64,000 nucleotides of DNA from a virus (taxonomy: Duplodnaviria; Caudoviricetes), in IMG/VR virus record IMGVR_UViG_3300028888_000006, positions 1 to 64,000 of that record; one strand, 5' to 3'. The translations under genes and the position numbers were made by a program. Under the pieces are notes generated by a model. That model was not told the origin of the DNA. It did no database searches and worked only from the letters and a program-made list of their open reading frames with translations. Numbering within the stretch: the stretch's first letter is position 1; each line of letters begins with the position of its first letter. This document shows, one piece after another, positions 24,438 through 36,100 of this stretch.

Positions 24438-26753
24438 TTATAATAGTTCTTCAGCTTTTTGACTCTGATCTCCAATGTATTGCTCATGCTGCTGCCCGAT
24501 AGCCTGCCGGATACGAGCCGCGGAAGGATTAGCAATCTTATCCATTACGGCACGATACAGCATCTCCTGATATTCCTTATCGCGCAGAATTTCTCTCGGC
24601 GTAGCGGGCCTGGTGCTTCCGTCTTGGCGAATAATGCTCGGGAATCCACCGCCAAGAATCATTTTGCTCTGATCGCTCCAAGCTTCAGCCTGAGATCTGC
24701 TCATCTCATAAACAGACTCAGGATGATTAATAGGAAGAAGCAGATAATCAATCATCTCGCTATTACTCATTCCTGTTTCTCTCAAAGGAGCGGTGAAGTT
24801 ATTCTCGAATAACGAACCAAGCATCGTAGCATCTACCATAAATGTCTTCCCAGGATTGACTGAAGTTTGGATGCGAACCATCGGTCTTTCGCGGGAAAGG
24901 TCTTCAAGTGTAGCGGAAATGTTTGTCAGCGTATCATCACGCAGTTCGGTTCCGTTATTTTTCGTCCCAAAAATCTGCTTGATGTCCGTTATGCCTTCAA
25001 GATTATGACCGGTATTACCATCAGTTACCTCATAGAATGCGAATCTTGAAGACTTGCCGTGTTTCTCATCAATATTGCTATTGTATTCTCGGATAATAGC
25101 CCTGGCAAGGTTTTTCTTAGCATAATCATGAGAGGAGTCGTTGGCAATTACTACAGCAGAGAAGTCGCCCTTCTTTGCTTTCGTCAGCATGTAAGAATAG
25201 AAATCTTCCCATGGAGCCGTCTCGGGAAATTCGTATTTTTCGCGAAGCCGCTTCTGGTCCTTGGGACTAATGGCATATTTTTCGGCGTCCGGGTTCGCTT
25301 CCTTAAACTGTTTGACATGCTGAAGATATTCCTCTCTTGCTACACTAAGTTGTCTTGAAGCATCTTCCTTCAGATTGCCGTTTTTATCCTTAACGGCAAT
25401 GGCATACTTTTCATCAATTCCGAGACGAAGCGCATCTTCTTTGTCCATTTTCCCGATTTCAACAACACGCGTCGAGCCATCCCGAAGCGTAACGGTATAA
25501 TTCTTTTTCTTTGGATCAATGGCGATGTCGAAACCGCCATAGCCATGACGAATCTGCGCTCTCATTTTCGTTTCGTACATTTGGGTGGCCATTTCATACT
25601 CATTGGCCACAGTAGCCGAACGACCCGTTCCCGGTAAAACTATCGTCCTTGTCTGACCATCCTTATAACCCTTTGCTTCAGAACGTGTTGACTTAATCCA
25701 GTCATTATAGACAGGAGATTCCATCGTGATTGTTTCGCCGGTATTATACATTCCTTCCTGGCGAAGTTGTTCGCGGGCAGCCTTTCTTGCCTCCGCCTCC
25801 GCGTCAGCCTGGGCATCAATCTGTTTCTTCTGACGATAAGTATCGAGATCAATATTCGCTTTCGCTCTCGCGGCTCGAATCTCCTGATTATAGGCATATT
25901 CATTGTCCTTCATGAATTCGACGTCGCTCTTCCCAATCGCCTGAGAAAGACCAGCCTTCCCGTATTTGACGAGGCGGTTGAATTCGTCTTGAGAAACATT
26001 GCCAGCCGCCCCAGTAGAATCAAGATGGGACTGAAGGATAGAAGCGAGAATTGTCGCGCCCATCCTATCCTCGTCGGTCCCAAGCGCAGAGTAAATAGTA
26101 TTGTCGCCAACGGCAAGACCGGCAGCTGCTTCAACTTGTGCGCTTGTAAATCCATTCTTCTGCAAAACAGGGATGTATCCCGCGAGTTCGGGATACTTGT
26201 CGAGGACTTCCGGATTTGAAAGCAATTCCTGCGCCCTCGCCTTTGCGTCAGCCGCGACTTCATTCATGAACTGCTCGCCGCTATAAGAATAATAATCCTG
26301 ACCGAATCTGTCATTTTCCAAATATCTGTCAAGAAGCTCAAGGCCAGGATCTGAACCCATTACCATGTCGGGATGTTCGTGTTTCGTCTTCCAGTATTCA
26401 CTACTTCTATCTTGACGAGCCTTGATTGCGGTCCCGAGACGCGTAATATCACTCGAATAACCAGCGCGAGCAAGAGCAAGATCCCGACGCGTGCCAGCGT
26501 TGTAACCGCGCTCCCAAAGATTATTCTGAAGGTTAGCAAGCTTCGTAGAATAAGAATCATACAAGCGCCTTGCCTCGGAATCCTCTGGTTCGTGCATAAT
26601 GTACTGACGGAGAGCCTCCGTTTCAGTCATCAAGGTGTCATAAGAATCCTGTGCCGCATTATGCGCCTCGACGGTCTGCATAATGGGCTTTGACAACTCA
26701 TCGTATGTAAACGGCTGGAAATACGAGCCGCTTGTAACTAAAAACTTTGGCAT
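24438..26753 (-). CDS. virion cargo/structural protein (771 aa)
   Basis: N-terminal FQPFTYDELSKP motif typical of crAss-like internal proteins; synteny. Confidence 0.7.
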   Translation of the reverse strand: MPKFLVTSGSYFQPFTYDELSKPIMQTVEAHNAAQDSYDTLMTETEALRQYIMHEPEDSEARRLYDSYSTKLANLQNNLWERGYNAGTRRDLALARAGYSSDITRLGTAIKARQDRSSEYWKTKHEHPDMVMGSDPGLELLDRYLENDRFGQDYYSYSGEQFMNEVAADAKARAQELLSNPEVLDKYPELAGYIPVLQKNGFTSAQVEAAAGLAVGDNTIYSALGTDEDRMGATILASILQSHLDSTGAAGNVSQDEFNRLVKYGKAGLSQAIGKSDVEFMKDNEYAYNQEIRAARAKANIDLDTYRQKKQIDAQADAEAEARKAAREQLRQEGMYNTGETITMESPVYNDWIKSTRSEAKGYKDGQTRTIVLPGTGRSATVANEYEMATQMYETKMRAQIRHGYGGFDIAIDPKKKNYTVTLRDGSTRVVEIGKMDKEDALRLGIDEKYAIAVKDKNGNLKEDASRQLSVAREEYLQHVKQFKEANPDAEKYAISPKDQKRLREKYEFPETAPWEDFYSYMLTKAKKGDFSAVVIANDSSHDYAKKNLARAIIREYNSNIDEKHGKSSRFAFYEVTDGNTGHNLEGITDIKQIFGTKNNGTELRDDTLTNISATLEDLSRERPMVRIQTSVNPGKTFMVDATMLGSLFENNFTAPLRETGMSNSEMIDYLLLPINHPESVYEMSRSQAEAWSDQSKMILGGGFPSIIRQDGSTRPATPREILRDKEYQEMLYRAVMDKIANPSAARIRQAIGQQHEQYIGDQSQKAEELL

Positions 26754-26756
26754 ATC

Positions 26757-29363
26757 TTAACTCTTAACTTTTTCCCATTTACCGGTATTAGGATTATAGA
26801 ACATGGCACCGTTTGGACCGACACGATAACCAAGATAAGCAGGATTCGTATTTATCTGATTCATTGCGAAATTCTCCTGACCGATCCCGGACAACGCCTG
26901 CAATCCATTGCTAATCTGATTGCTGATTGCTTGATATTTCTCAGCCTCAGCCTGATTGTTCAATCTTTGAACCATCAAATCGTTCTGCGCATTGTACGGA
27001 GCAAGTCTGTTAATGGCGTCTTTTCTCGCCGCATCAACGGTATAATCAAATTGAGCCCTCTGTGCTTCCGCCTGATTATTGGCGGCGATAACTGCATTCC
27101 GTCTCTGGTTATTCGCATCCCACGCCTGAATGAACCCCGTACCAAGATTACCGGTAAGATTGTTATCTGCGGCAAGAATAGCGGCTCCAGTAGAAGGGCC
27201 TATGCCGGAATTACGAAGAGCACGATTCGTTGCATTGCCCTGCGCAATCTGGGCGTTCGCAATCATGTTCTGGTCAATCGGATTATAAACCTGATTCTGA
27301 AGGTTGATTCTTCCTTCCGGCAACTGGGGATTGATATGCGGAGCGGTATATCTGTCCGGTTGCTGAAAAGCATTATACAAACCAAGAAGACCGGAACCGA
27401 TTGCTCCAGCATAGCGAGGCCAAGTGGGAAGAAGATTAACATTGCGTTCATCCATCATATCGCCAGCGACTTCATTACCAGTATTTGTGGGGTTCCTGCC
27501 GAAATCGACCAGCGTATTTTCATACACTTCATTGAAGGGACGAGTATCTCCGCGACTAATACGAAATCTCGTGTCAGCCTCAAGTGCGCTTTGTGGGACA
27601 TGCAATTTGAAATCAGGCATTCCGAGATTAGCCCCTTCCGGAGAGTAAGCGGTGCCGGTTGCGAAATCGAACAAGGGACCGATAACACGAGGCAATGAGG
27701 CTACGGGCTGCTGAGCTTGTGTCGGAGCAACTTGTCTCGCGAGATTGTCTACATTCGTACTGAAATGATAAATACCGCCAAGGTGGTCTCCTCTTCTGCG
27801 ACGATACATCTGTTCCCAGTCAGGACGAAGCGCGTTGCCATTAAACAACTTCTGGACGCCGGCATGGGTTCTCTCGTCAAGAAGTCTCAAATAAGCCTGA
27901 ACTTCGGGGTCCTGATAATGGTCAACGACATAATCCGTGAACTTTCTATACGCTTCGCTATTCTCAAGGTCTTCAATAGTCTTGAATTCTGTGCCAAGCG
28001 GGAAATTCCTGTCGATTGCATATGTTCCGGCAATACCACCACGCCTTGTGCTTCTGTCATAACGACGAAGAGCGTTCATCAACCTTTCGAATCCGCCTTC
28101 ATCAAAACGATTGATTTCACCGCCATACTTCAGGAACGGGCCGAAATCTATTTCTTCAACACTAAAGTCTTCCGCCTGAACCTTAGGCGTAGTCACTATG
28201 GGAGCAGCGGGAGCGATAGGAGCCTGTACAATTTGAGAAGAATCCGGCTGAGCGACAACTTCATCGACAATAATACTTGGCGTAGGCACTTGGGGAGGAA
28301 CAATCAATGACGGGAATCCGCCGGTCTTTCCTTGATATCTCAGATAAGCATTACTGAGAGATTTCTCTGCGTCGGATACTTTTCTTTCTTCCACAGCGAT
28401 ACGGGCATCTGTCTTGTCTTTTTCTTCGCGTAAATCCCGCAAGCCCTTAGCCGTCTGGCGTATAGCAGTCGCCATACGCTTGGAATATGGAGAATTAGGA
28501 TCGCTATATATTCCACCTTCATTTTCAGCAAATTCCTGATACTGCTGCAACAGGTTTTTTTCCTGTGCATTAATCGCAGAATTTAGTATTCTTCCGTTCC
28601 TGCGGAATAAATAGTCTCCAGCTTTTCTTCTCCACAAATCTCCTTGAGCTCGCTGAAGCGTCTGCCTAGCAGCATCATATTGTGCGCGGGCAGCATTTGA
28701 TTCCGCAAGAGATGCTAGAATGGACTCGACATCATCTTCCATATTTTTCTTAGGACCACCGGAAGCAAAAGTACGGAGAAATCCACCATTATCCATCATT
28801 GGCATTTCTTCGGCAGGCATAGGCTCAGCGGGCCCAGTCATCTGTTCTTCGGGGACAATTTCTGAAACAGGAAGTCCTGCGGCACCACCATCCTGATCTG
28901 TGCCGGATGTCTGTGCAAGCATTGCCTCCAACTGCTCAAGTTCTTCAGGAGAAAGCTGAGCGAGCTCATCTTCAAGTTCTCTCTGCTCTTTCGCCTGCTT
29001 CTGTCCTTCCTGAGCGTCGGCAAGTCTTCCGAGGAGAGCCTCGAGACCGTTTCGTGAAATCGGATCAAGCGGTCTCTCCTCTGCTTCGGAGAACAAATCA
29101 TCAGCTATCTTGGAATACAGCTTACCGGCATATTTCTTCGGAAGATTGTTATCAACAAGAAACTGTTCTTCGGCTTCAATGTTATCGGAGTAAACATAGT
29201 CCTTGTACACCGGTTCGCCTTCTTCAAGGAGATTCGGATTGCCTTCAGGATCGACTCCAATCTGAACGCCACCGTTGGGGTTCTCCTCGTGGGAACCACC
29301 TTCGTTGACTCTCAGATAATCTTTCGGCGCAAAATATCCGCCATGGGTATCAAACTTCGACAT
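26757..29363 (-). CDS. cargo protein C1-like structural protein (868 aa)
   Basis: EGGSHEENPNGGVQIG...LLEEGE motif; Asn/Gln/Ala-rich C-terminus; downstream of the muzzle. Confidence 0.7.
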   Translation of the reverse strand: MSKFDTHGGYFAPKDYLRVNEGGSHEENPNGGVQIGVDPEGNPNLLEEGEPVYKDYVYSDNIEAEEQFLVDNNLPKKYAGKLYSKIADDLFSEAEERPLDPISRNGLEALLGRLADAQEGQKQAKEQRELEDELAQLSPEELEQLEAMLAQTSGTDQDGGAAGLPVSEIVPEEQMTGPAEPMPAEEMPMMDNGGFLRTFASGGPKKNMEDDVESILASLAESNAARAQYDAARQTLQRAQGDLWRRKAGDYLFRRNGRILNSAINAQEKNLLQQYQEFAENEGGIYSDPNSPYSKRMATAIRQTAKGLRDLREEKDKTDARIAVEERKVSDAEKSLSNAYLRYQGKTGGFPSLIVPPQVPTPSIIVDEVVAQPDSSQIVQAPIAPAAPIVTTPKVQAEDFSVEEIDFGPFLKYGGEINRFDEGGFERLMNALRRYDRSTRRGGIAGTYAIDRNFPLGTEFKTIEDLENSEAYRKFTDYVVDHYQDPEVQAYLRLLDERTHAGVQKLFNGNALRPDWEQMYRRRRGDHLGGIYHFSTNVDNLARQVAPTQAQQPVASLPRVIGPLFDFATGTAYSPEGANLGMPDFKLHVPQSALEADTRFRISRGDTRPFNEVYENTLVDFGRNPTNTGNEVAGDMMDERNVNLLPTWPRYAGAIGSGLLGLYNAFQQPDRYTAPHINPQLPEGRINLQNQVYNPIDQNMIANAQIAQGNATNRALRNSGIGPSTGAAILAADNNLTGNLGTGFIQAWDANNQRRNAVIAANNQAEAQRAQFDYTVDAARKDAINRLAPYNAQNDLMVQRLNNQAEAEKYQAISNQISNGLQALSGIGQENFAMNQINTNPAYLGYRVGPNGAMFYNPNTGKWEKVKS

Positions 29364-29366
29364 ATC

Positions 29367-30197
29367 TTATTTAACTTTTACTCGATAAACACATCCACCA
29401 TTTGTCATTATTCGCTGTACATTGGAAGGCCTTTTCTCTCTCTGAATCGCCTTCTGCCCAAGAACCTTGTCTGCATATTCCTTGATGCTCTGCTGTCTTC
29501 TGATAGGACCGCCTTTGGCGACAGCATTAACGGCATTTTGTCTATGGATATTGTCTCCAATCCGTTCGTGAGCTGCTGCAAAGTTCTGTCGTGAAGCATC
29601 AGCAGCAAAGTCTGCATCAATCTGCAATGTCTCCTGCCTTGTCTTTGCGGCGGCGTTTCCAGTCAATACTCCGCCAAGACCAGTTCCAAGACCAATCACA
29701 CCACCCGCCAACGCACCCCAAGGTCCACCAATTTGCAATCCAGTCATTGCTCCGGAAAGCGTGGAAGTGGCAACAGAACCAACCTGCTGTCCAGTAGTCA
29801 TTCCGCGGATATCCTGATAGTTGAACTGCGGATTGAAATTGGTCTGAGCATAGTCATTCGCAAGCTGGTCATAGTTGTTATAATTGACATTACCGGCATT
29901 ACGGAGATCAGCAATCTGATTCTCCTGCATCGTGGTGTCACGAATCTGTGCATCCTTGAATGCATTGGACAGGAGGGTAGTTGCGCCGGTCAAACCAGTG
30001 ATAATGCCACCGGCAACAGCTTGACCCTGCTGAGCACGAAGGGCAGAATCCTCGGCATTATATTGGTCTTCACGCCCATACCAAGAATCATTATCATTGG
30101 CGGCATAAGCCTCGGCTAATTGCGCTCGCCTTCTTGCCGCGTCTTGATACGACCCGACAAAAGACTGATTGTACATATTATCCCACCAAGTTGCCAT
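29367..30197 (-). CDS. Gly-rich membrane-active cargo protein
   Basis: GAMTGLQIGGPWGALAGGVIGLGTGLGG glycine-zipper segment; TAATG-coupled to the muzzle gene. Confidence 0.7.
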   Translation of the reverse strand: MATWWDNMYNQSFVGSYQDAARRRAQLAEAYAANDNDSWYGREDQYNAEDSALRAQQGQAVAGGIITGLTGATTLLSNAFKDAQIRDTTMQENQIADLRNAGNVNYNNYDQLANDYAQTNFNPQFNYQDIRGMTTGQQVGSVATSTLSGAMTGLQIGGPWGALAGGVIGLGTGLGGVLTGNAAAKTRQETLQIDADFAADASRQNFAAAHERIGDNIHRQNAVNAVAKGGPIRRQQSIKEYADKVLGQKAIQREKRPSNVQRIMTNGGCVYRVKVK

Positions 30198-33100
30198 TAT
30201 TCAAAATATTTAACAACTATATCATGTAACTGCATCAGGTACTTACCGTCAACATCGTTCTTGCGGAAAAGCAGGTTAATCCAAGGATTACGAATTCGGT
30301 CCATACCATGCTTGTTCGTTCCTTCCTTCAGAGCTCTCGGGATAACCAGTCTCCAGATGCGGAACTTCTTTCGAACATCATCACGATTAAACTGTTCGTG
30401 AGCAAACAGAGTAAAGCCGGTATCCTGATATTCGTCCCAGACCTTGAAGTCCGTAAATGTTTCCCATTCCTTGTAAGTATCGTCAATATCTCCATTGATG
30501 AGTTCGGTTTCGGAAACAATGGGCTCGGCATTGTCGTCAAGCACTTCGAAGAAGTCTGCCCTGTAATCAATGTTCGTCCAAATCTTGTCACCGAACGGAT
30601 CAGGAGTGACGCGATACTGTGTCCAGTAATCGTACTGCTTCCCGAAGAAGTTACAATATAAGCCCTCGTTCTGAAGCCAGAGTTTATTGTCCCGGAACGA
30701 CACGAGTCGGTCTTCGACATTCGTGATCATCGGGACCTCTCGATAATCGAAGAAACTGGTGAATGCACCGAGCGTTTCATTGTAAACGAGACAAGGCTTG
30801 TCGTCATTCTTGCGGACAAGATAGATATCCGAGTGAACCTTATCGTAATACGATACAATATTATTGAATGTACTCGGAGCCCAAGGCTCAATATTGTTTA
30901 TCTCGCGGAACCAAGCACCAAACCCGAGACGCGTGGAAAGATTGTCAATAGCCTGACCATTGAATGAGCAGAATGCCTTGTTGATATTATCAACGAAATA
31001 CAATGCATTCTTGCCTTCGATGATAGACCACTTGTTCACGCAGCCGTACTTGTTCGTGATATAACGCTTGCCGTCAACCTTGCCAGAGTTCGCAATCTCA
31101 ACAGGAACTCCATCCTGCGTGGAAAGCTGGGTTCTGGAGTTGAACAGAATCTCGGATATGCCGCGATCCTGGAAAGCGATTATACTATTGCCCATTCTAC
31201 GAAGAGCCCGACAAACACCTTTATCACCATCAAGTTTCAGCGTGCTTGCGAGTGTGACATGAGACCATTCGTCAATGTCTTCAGAGTCGTGCTTTTCAAG
31301 CGACCATGTAATGGAAGAGCGATAAGAATCGAGATTGAAATCAGAATCCAGATCCCGCTGCACAATGAAATTATTGTGCTGGGAATAGACCGGATTAATC
31401 TGCCCGAACTTCTCGGCATCAATGGACGCCAAATGACTCACGCCACGCTGCAAGTCAGTTCTTCCGTCAATGTTCACATGTGTCTCGATCATAACAGATG
31501 TGATGTCGACGACATTGTTAACAGCACCGGTAGAATACGGCTTTGTTTTCAGACAGTCCCATCTCTGGAAATAAGTATCACCCTGGTTTCCAATCAAGAT
31601 ATCGCTGATGCCATCGGCGGTCATATCGGATACAAGATGTTGAGGACCGGCTATGATAAAGCGATTGTTCTGAACAGCAGACTCCGTCGTCCCTCCGTAT
31701 CTGGTGTCATCATCGAACGGGTAATATATTTCCCCGATGTACAGATAACTATCGTCTTCACCAATCGTTCTCGCCGTATTCGTGATAGGATTACCAGAAA
31801 GCGCAAATGTCCCCTGGTTAACGGAATAATCCTTGAAAGGATAAAACGCATCTTCGCTCTTCTTCGCCCAAGGAAGAACACAGCCAGTAATATCAGAAGT
31901 ACGAGTAGGCAGTATTACGGATTCATTCACATGACTTGAAAAACGGGGCAAGATTGTCTGGACATATCCATTCAGAATATTCGTCGGAAGGCTCATGACA
32001 AGATGCGGACTTGACGAATAAGTTATCTGAACAGGGATGTCGGAGAACATCGTATTCTCCTGATTATCATCAACAATGATAAAATCCTGATCATCAGCGG
32101 TAGCGAATGAGCCAGAAGAATAAAGTATCGGATAACGAAGCTTGGACGGCATCGAAAGCGATTCGTTCACAACGCCGTCATAATATCTCGTCTCACCACC
32201 GACCTTAAGACCAACATACTGGCTTGAAGTATAATTGAAAAGCCTAACGGACTCCAGGTCATAAGTATTGTTCGTCACATTGAGGTTATTATACCATGTG
32301 ACATTAGAATACTTTAAGTTGGCAAATGTCTTGGAATGAAGCTCAGAATATGTCTCATCAACCTGAGTGAAACTTCCATCCTGATTCTGATCATTGGAAA
32401 CAAACGTCGTAATACTTCCAGGATGGTGCCACATGTGTAACCAATAACGACGAATGCTTCCATCGCGGATATAATCAATGGAATCCCAAAGCCGCCTGTT
32501 CTTTGTAGAATGATGGAACTCGGGAGCATCATCGGATTCATTTCGCTCGGTAATACCATATTCCCTCCACAGTGGCCAAGAAAGAATTCCGTTCGGAGCA
32601 CCGAATTTCTGATTAACAAGGTTTTCGCCAGCCAATTTACCGGGAGAAGCATCAACGGTGTAATCAGATATTACGCTAGATATTTTAGCCACGCCAACTA
32701 TACGAAGCTTGTACTTATCGGCGTTATCAAGAAGCATCGCCTCATGGTCAAATTCGGGCGAGTTAAGCGTGATTGTATTCTCGTCGATGAACATCAAATG
32801 CTTCTTATAATATGAAGGAGCATAATCCGGCGAAGAAGAAACATCAACATCTGACACAGAGTACCATCTATCAGTCTGTCCGCGCTTGATATTAAGAGCA
32901 GCCCTAGAATCAGCATTAGCGACAAGACCGGTATTATATTGGAAAAAATAGTCAGTTTCCATATTGTCGTGCGTTGCAACGCACCACTGATAGAAAAGAC
33001 CATCTTGATCAAGCGGAACTATATACTGAGATGGAATAGAATATTCAAGCAACTTGGAAGCGATACAATTATGGAGATGATTCTTTGTATCATTTCCACG

Positions 33101-36100
33101 ATATTTCCCATAATCGCAAGTTGTTGTATAAATTGTAATTGCGAAATTACCAGAAGGAACAGTATATGTTCTCGATATGTCCTTTTGAATTCCAAGAGGA
33201 GACCATCGCAAAATTTCAGAAGCAAGTTCCTGTAACGCAAGCACGAATTGCTGCGAATAAAAATCGTAATTGTTTAATTCGCTAATCGCCTCGGGCGTAA
33301 AGGAGATTAATTTTGCAGTAACAAGAATAAAACTCCCATAATTTTGGTATACCGCACCTCGCGTTGCGATCTTATATAGTATAACGAAATAATCGAAATC
33401 AAGCCCACTGTCAAAAACCTCGTCATACGAAGAATTGTCAGAGCCATAATTTTTTATACGATAATATGGATTCGGATCCTCATCAGTAGTCCAGTAGTTA
33501 CACTGAATCTCGCCGGTAGACACGGTAGACTTATTGATTGGCTGGAAATGCTTCCAAGCATAATCAGACTGCCTCGGGCGACTTATCCAAGAAGACGAGG
33601 AGTAGGTGCGATTCTTAAACCTGTCCCAAACATTGAAAACCGTAGGGTTGATGATGCCCTGCGCCTTTACGGATCTGTCAGCATTCGTAGCTTCAGCAAT
33701 CATAAGATTTGCCGTAGTAAAGCCAATTTCTTTAATGAAAGAAACCAGCTGTGCCGGGAGCGAACACTCGACAACCACACGATGAATCTTGTTCCCATCT
33801 ATGACAGGATACTTATCGTTTACCTTGTCGCCAATCCAGAAGGCTTCGGTCATCGTTCCGTCGCCGCGCCTAAAGCTTAAACCAAAACGATATTTTTCAC
33901 CGCCCTTGAATGTTGTAATCTTGGACGATGAATCTACCAGCTGGCTATTGTAGACATAGTTTTCTCCGGAATCATATGGAATGTCTGGCTTATTAGTGCT
34001 ACCGTCGGAATACACGAATCGGATACAATCATTCGCAAATCCCTTCTCGACATCGGAGAACATCGTCGCCTTTATGATTGTCTCAAGATCGTTGTAATAT
34101 TCTTTTCCTACAGACTGAATATCGCCAAGGAACAGCGTCTGATCTTTGTGTGTCAGTGTAGAAGCCCTTACAAACTGGCTTCCAAGATAGAGAAGACGCG
34201 AAGAGTCTATAGACACAAGATGAGAATTGTCATCAATGACAATAACCTCGCCCACGTTCGTCGTCCCATCAAATACGATATACGATACCGTCTTCCCGTC
34301 AAGCGCACTACGGAATACAGAATAAATCCGGAAGTGATCGAACCTTGTATCAAGATTGGAAAGACGGAGCGTGACAGCGTTCATGTTCGTGCCGTCAGCG
34401 GAACCACCGGTGTTAACTGGCGATAGATAAATCAAATCGGAAATCCAAACATATCCGGACTCCTGACCATGCTTGTTATAGTAGGTCATGAGATACTGGA
34501 CAACGCCATTCGCTCTTGTATTTCCGGAATTGCTCTTCGATACATCTACCTCAACGCCAAAATTGACGCTTCTATTTGAATCGAAGTAAGTACCATCTGC
34601 CCACCTTACTCTTTCTTCAGATCCTGATTCAGCCATGAAATTCATGAAACGAAGCGGATGGATGCCGTCCACCCAGTATATCTTCTGGATGTCTTCAGTC
34701 TCGTAATAGACAACGGACTCTATCGGATGGTCAAGCGAGAACCCGAGATTTCCGGAGAAAAGCATATCAGACTTGAAAGAGTCGCCATCGTAATCTATCC
34801 TGTAGATATAGTCAACAGATTCTTTCTCTTCCGTATCTTGATCGATATCGGAACCGCTGTTTACGACAGTGACGGTGCATCTGGCATTAACGGTAGGATT
34901 ATCCTTCGCGCGGACAGTAATGACAGCAACGCCAACGGCAAGCGCCTGGATGTGGCCATCTTCGCCGACAGATACAATGCTCGTATCGGACGAGGACCAC
35001 AAGGACATTTCGGCGGCAATAGTCCGATGGCCATCCTCGTAAGTGACGGTAGCCACAAGATTACTGGAGGTTCCGACCTGCATTCTGACATTGCTGCTCG
35101 ACAGACTTATCGACCTGACATTCAATTCGGGGTGATTCGGATCGGCTGACGGGATATCAGACTCGTCGTCAAATACAGCAACGGTTACAACATCCTTTAT
35201 GACACCGCCGTCAACAGACGCGGTAATGGTAGTGTACCCGGCTCTGATACCGGTGACATTACCACTCGCATCGACAGTCGCTATAGACGAGTCCTGACTT
35301 GTCCAAGTCACGGTCTTGTCGGTAGCATTGCTCGGAGTGATACTTGCCGTCAGTTTTGCGGAAGTATTCTTTACAAGGTTGAGGCTCTTCGGAGAAACCG
35401 AAAGATTGGTCACCTGGATGTAACCTCCGACAGAAACCTGACAGGTGTCTGTATATCCACCGTCTACCGTAGTTACAGTAACAAGAGCATTGCCTTTGCC
35501 AACGCCGACGACATTGCCATTCTGGTCAACAGCAACGATATCGGAATTCGAACTCGACCAAGAGACATCCTGAATATATGCGCCATTCGGATAAATGGTG
35601 TAACTAAGATGCGCCTTGGCTCCGACGCCGAGACTGAGCGTATTCCTGTCAAGCTTGATTCCGGTAACAGCCTTATTGATGGGCACGAGATAATCCGTCG
35701 GGTCTTCAACGACGTGAACGGTCAGAAGTCTCGTTACGTTCGGGAATTCCTCACAATAGACATTGTAGTATATGACGCCGTCCGGAACATCGGCATTTGC
35801 GCGGATGTATATACGATACTTTCCGTTCTCGGTTGTATCGCTGAAAACGGAGACATTCGCGGTGGTCGTTCCATCAAGTCTCTGAACTTTGATGCGCCCG
35901 CCAACATCGCCATTGGAATTCTTTCCGAAAGCAAGAACAACTCCATCTGCTCCGCCCTTCTGGACAACCTTGACATTCTCCGAAAGCTCTATCTCGACGA
36001 CATCCGTTGGCTCTGGAGTCACTGGCGAGATATACTTTTCGTAATGCCCACCAAGTACCTCAACCCAGACTGGATAATAGATATACGGATTGGACTTGAG

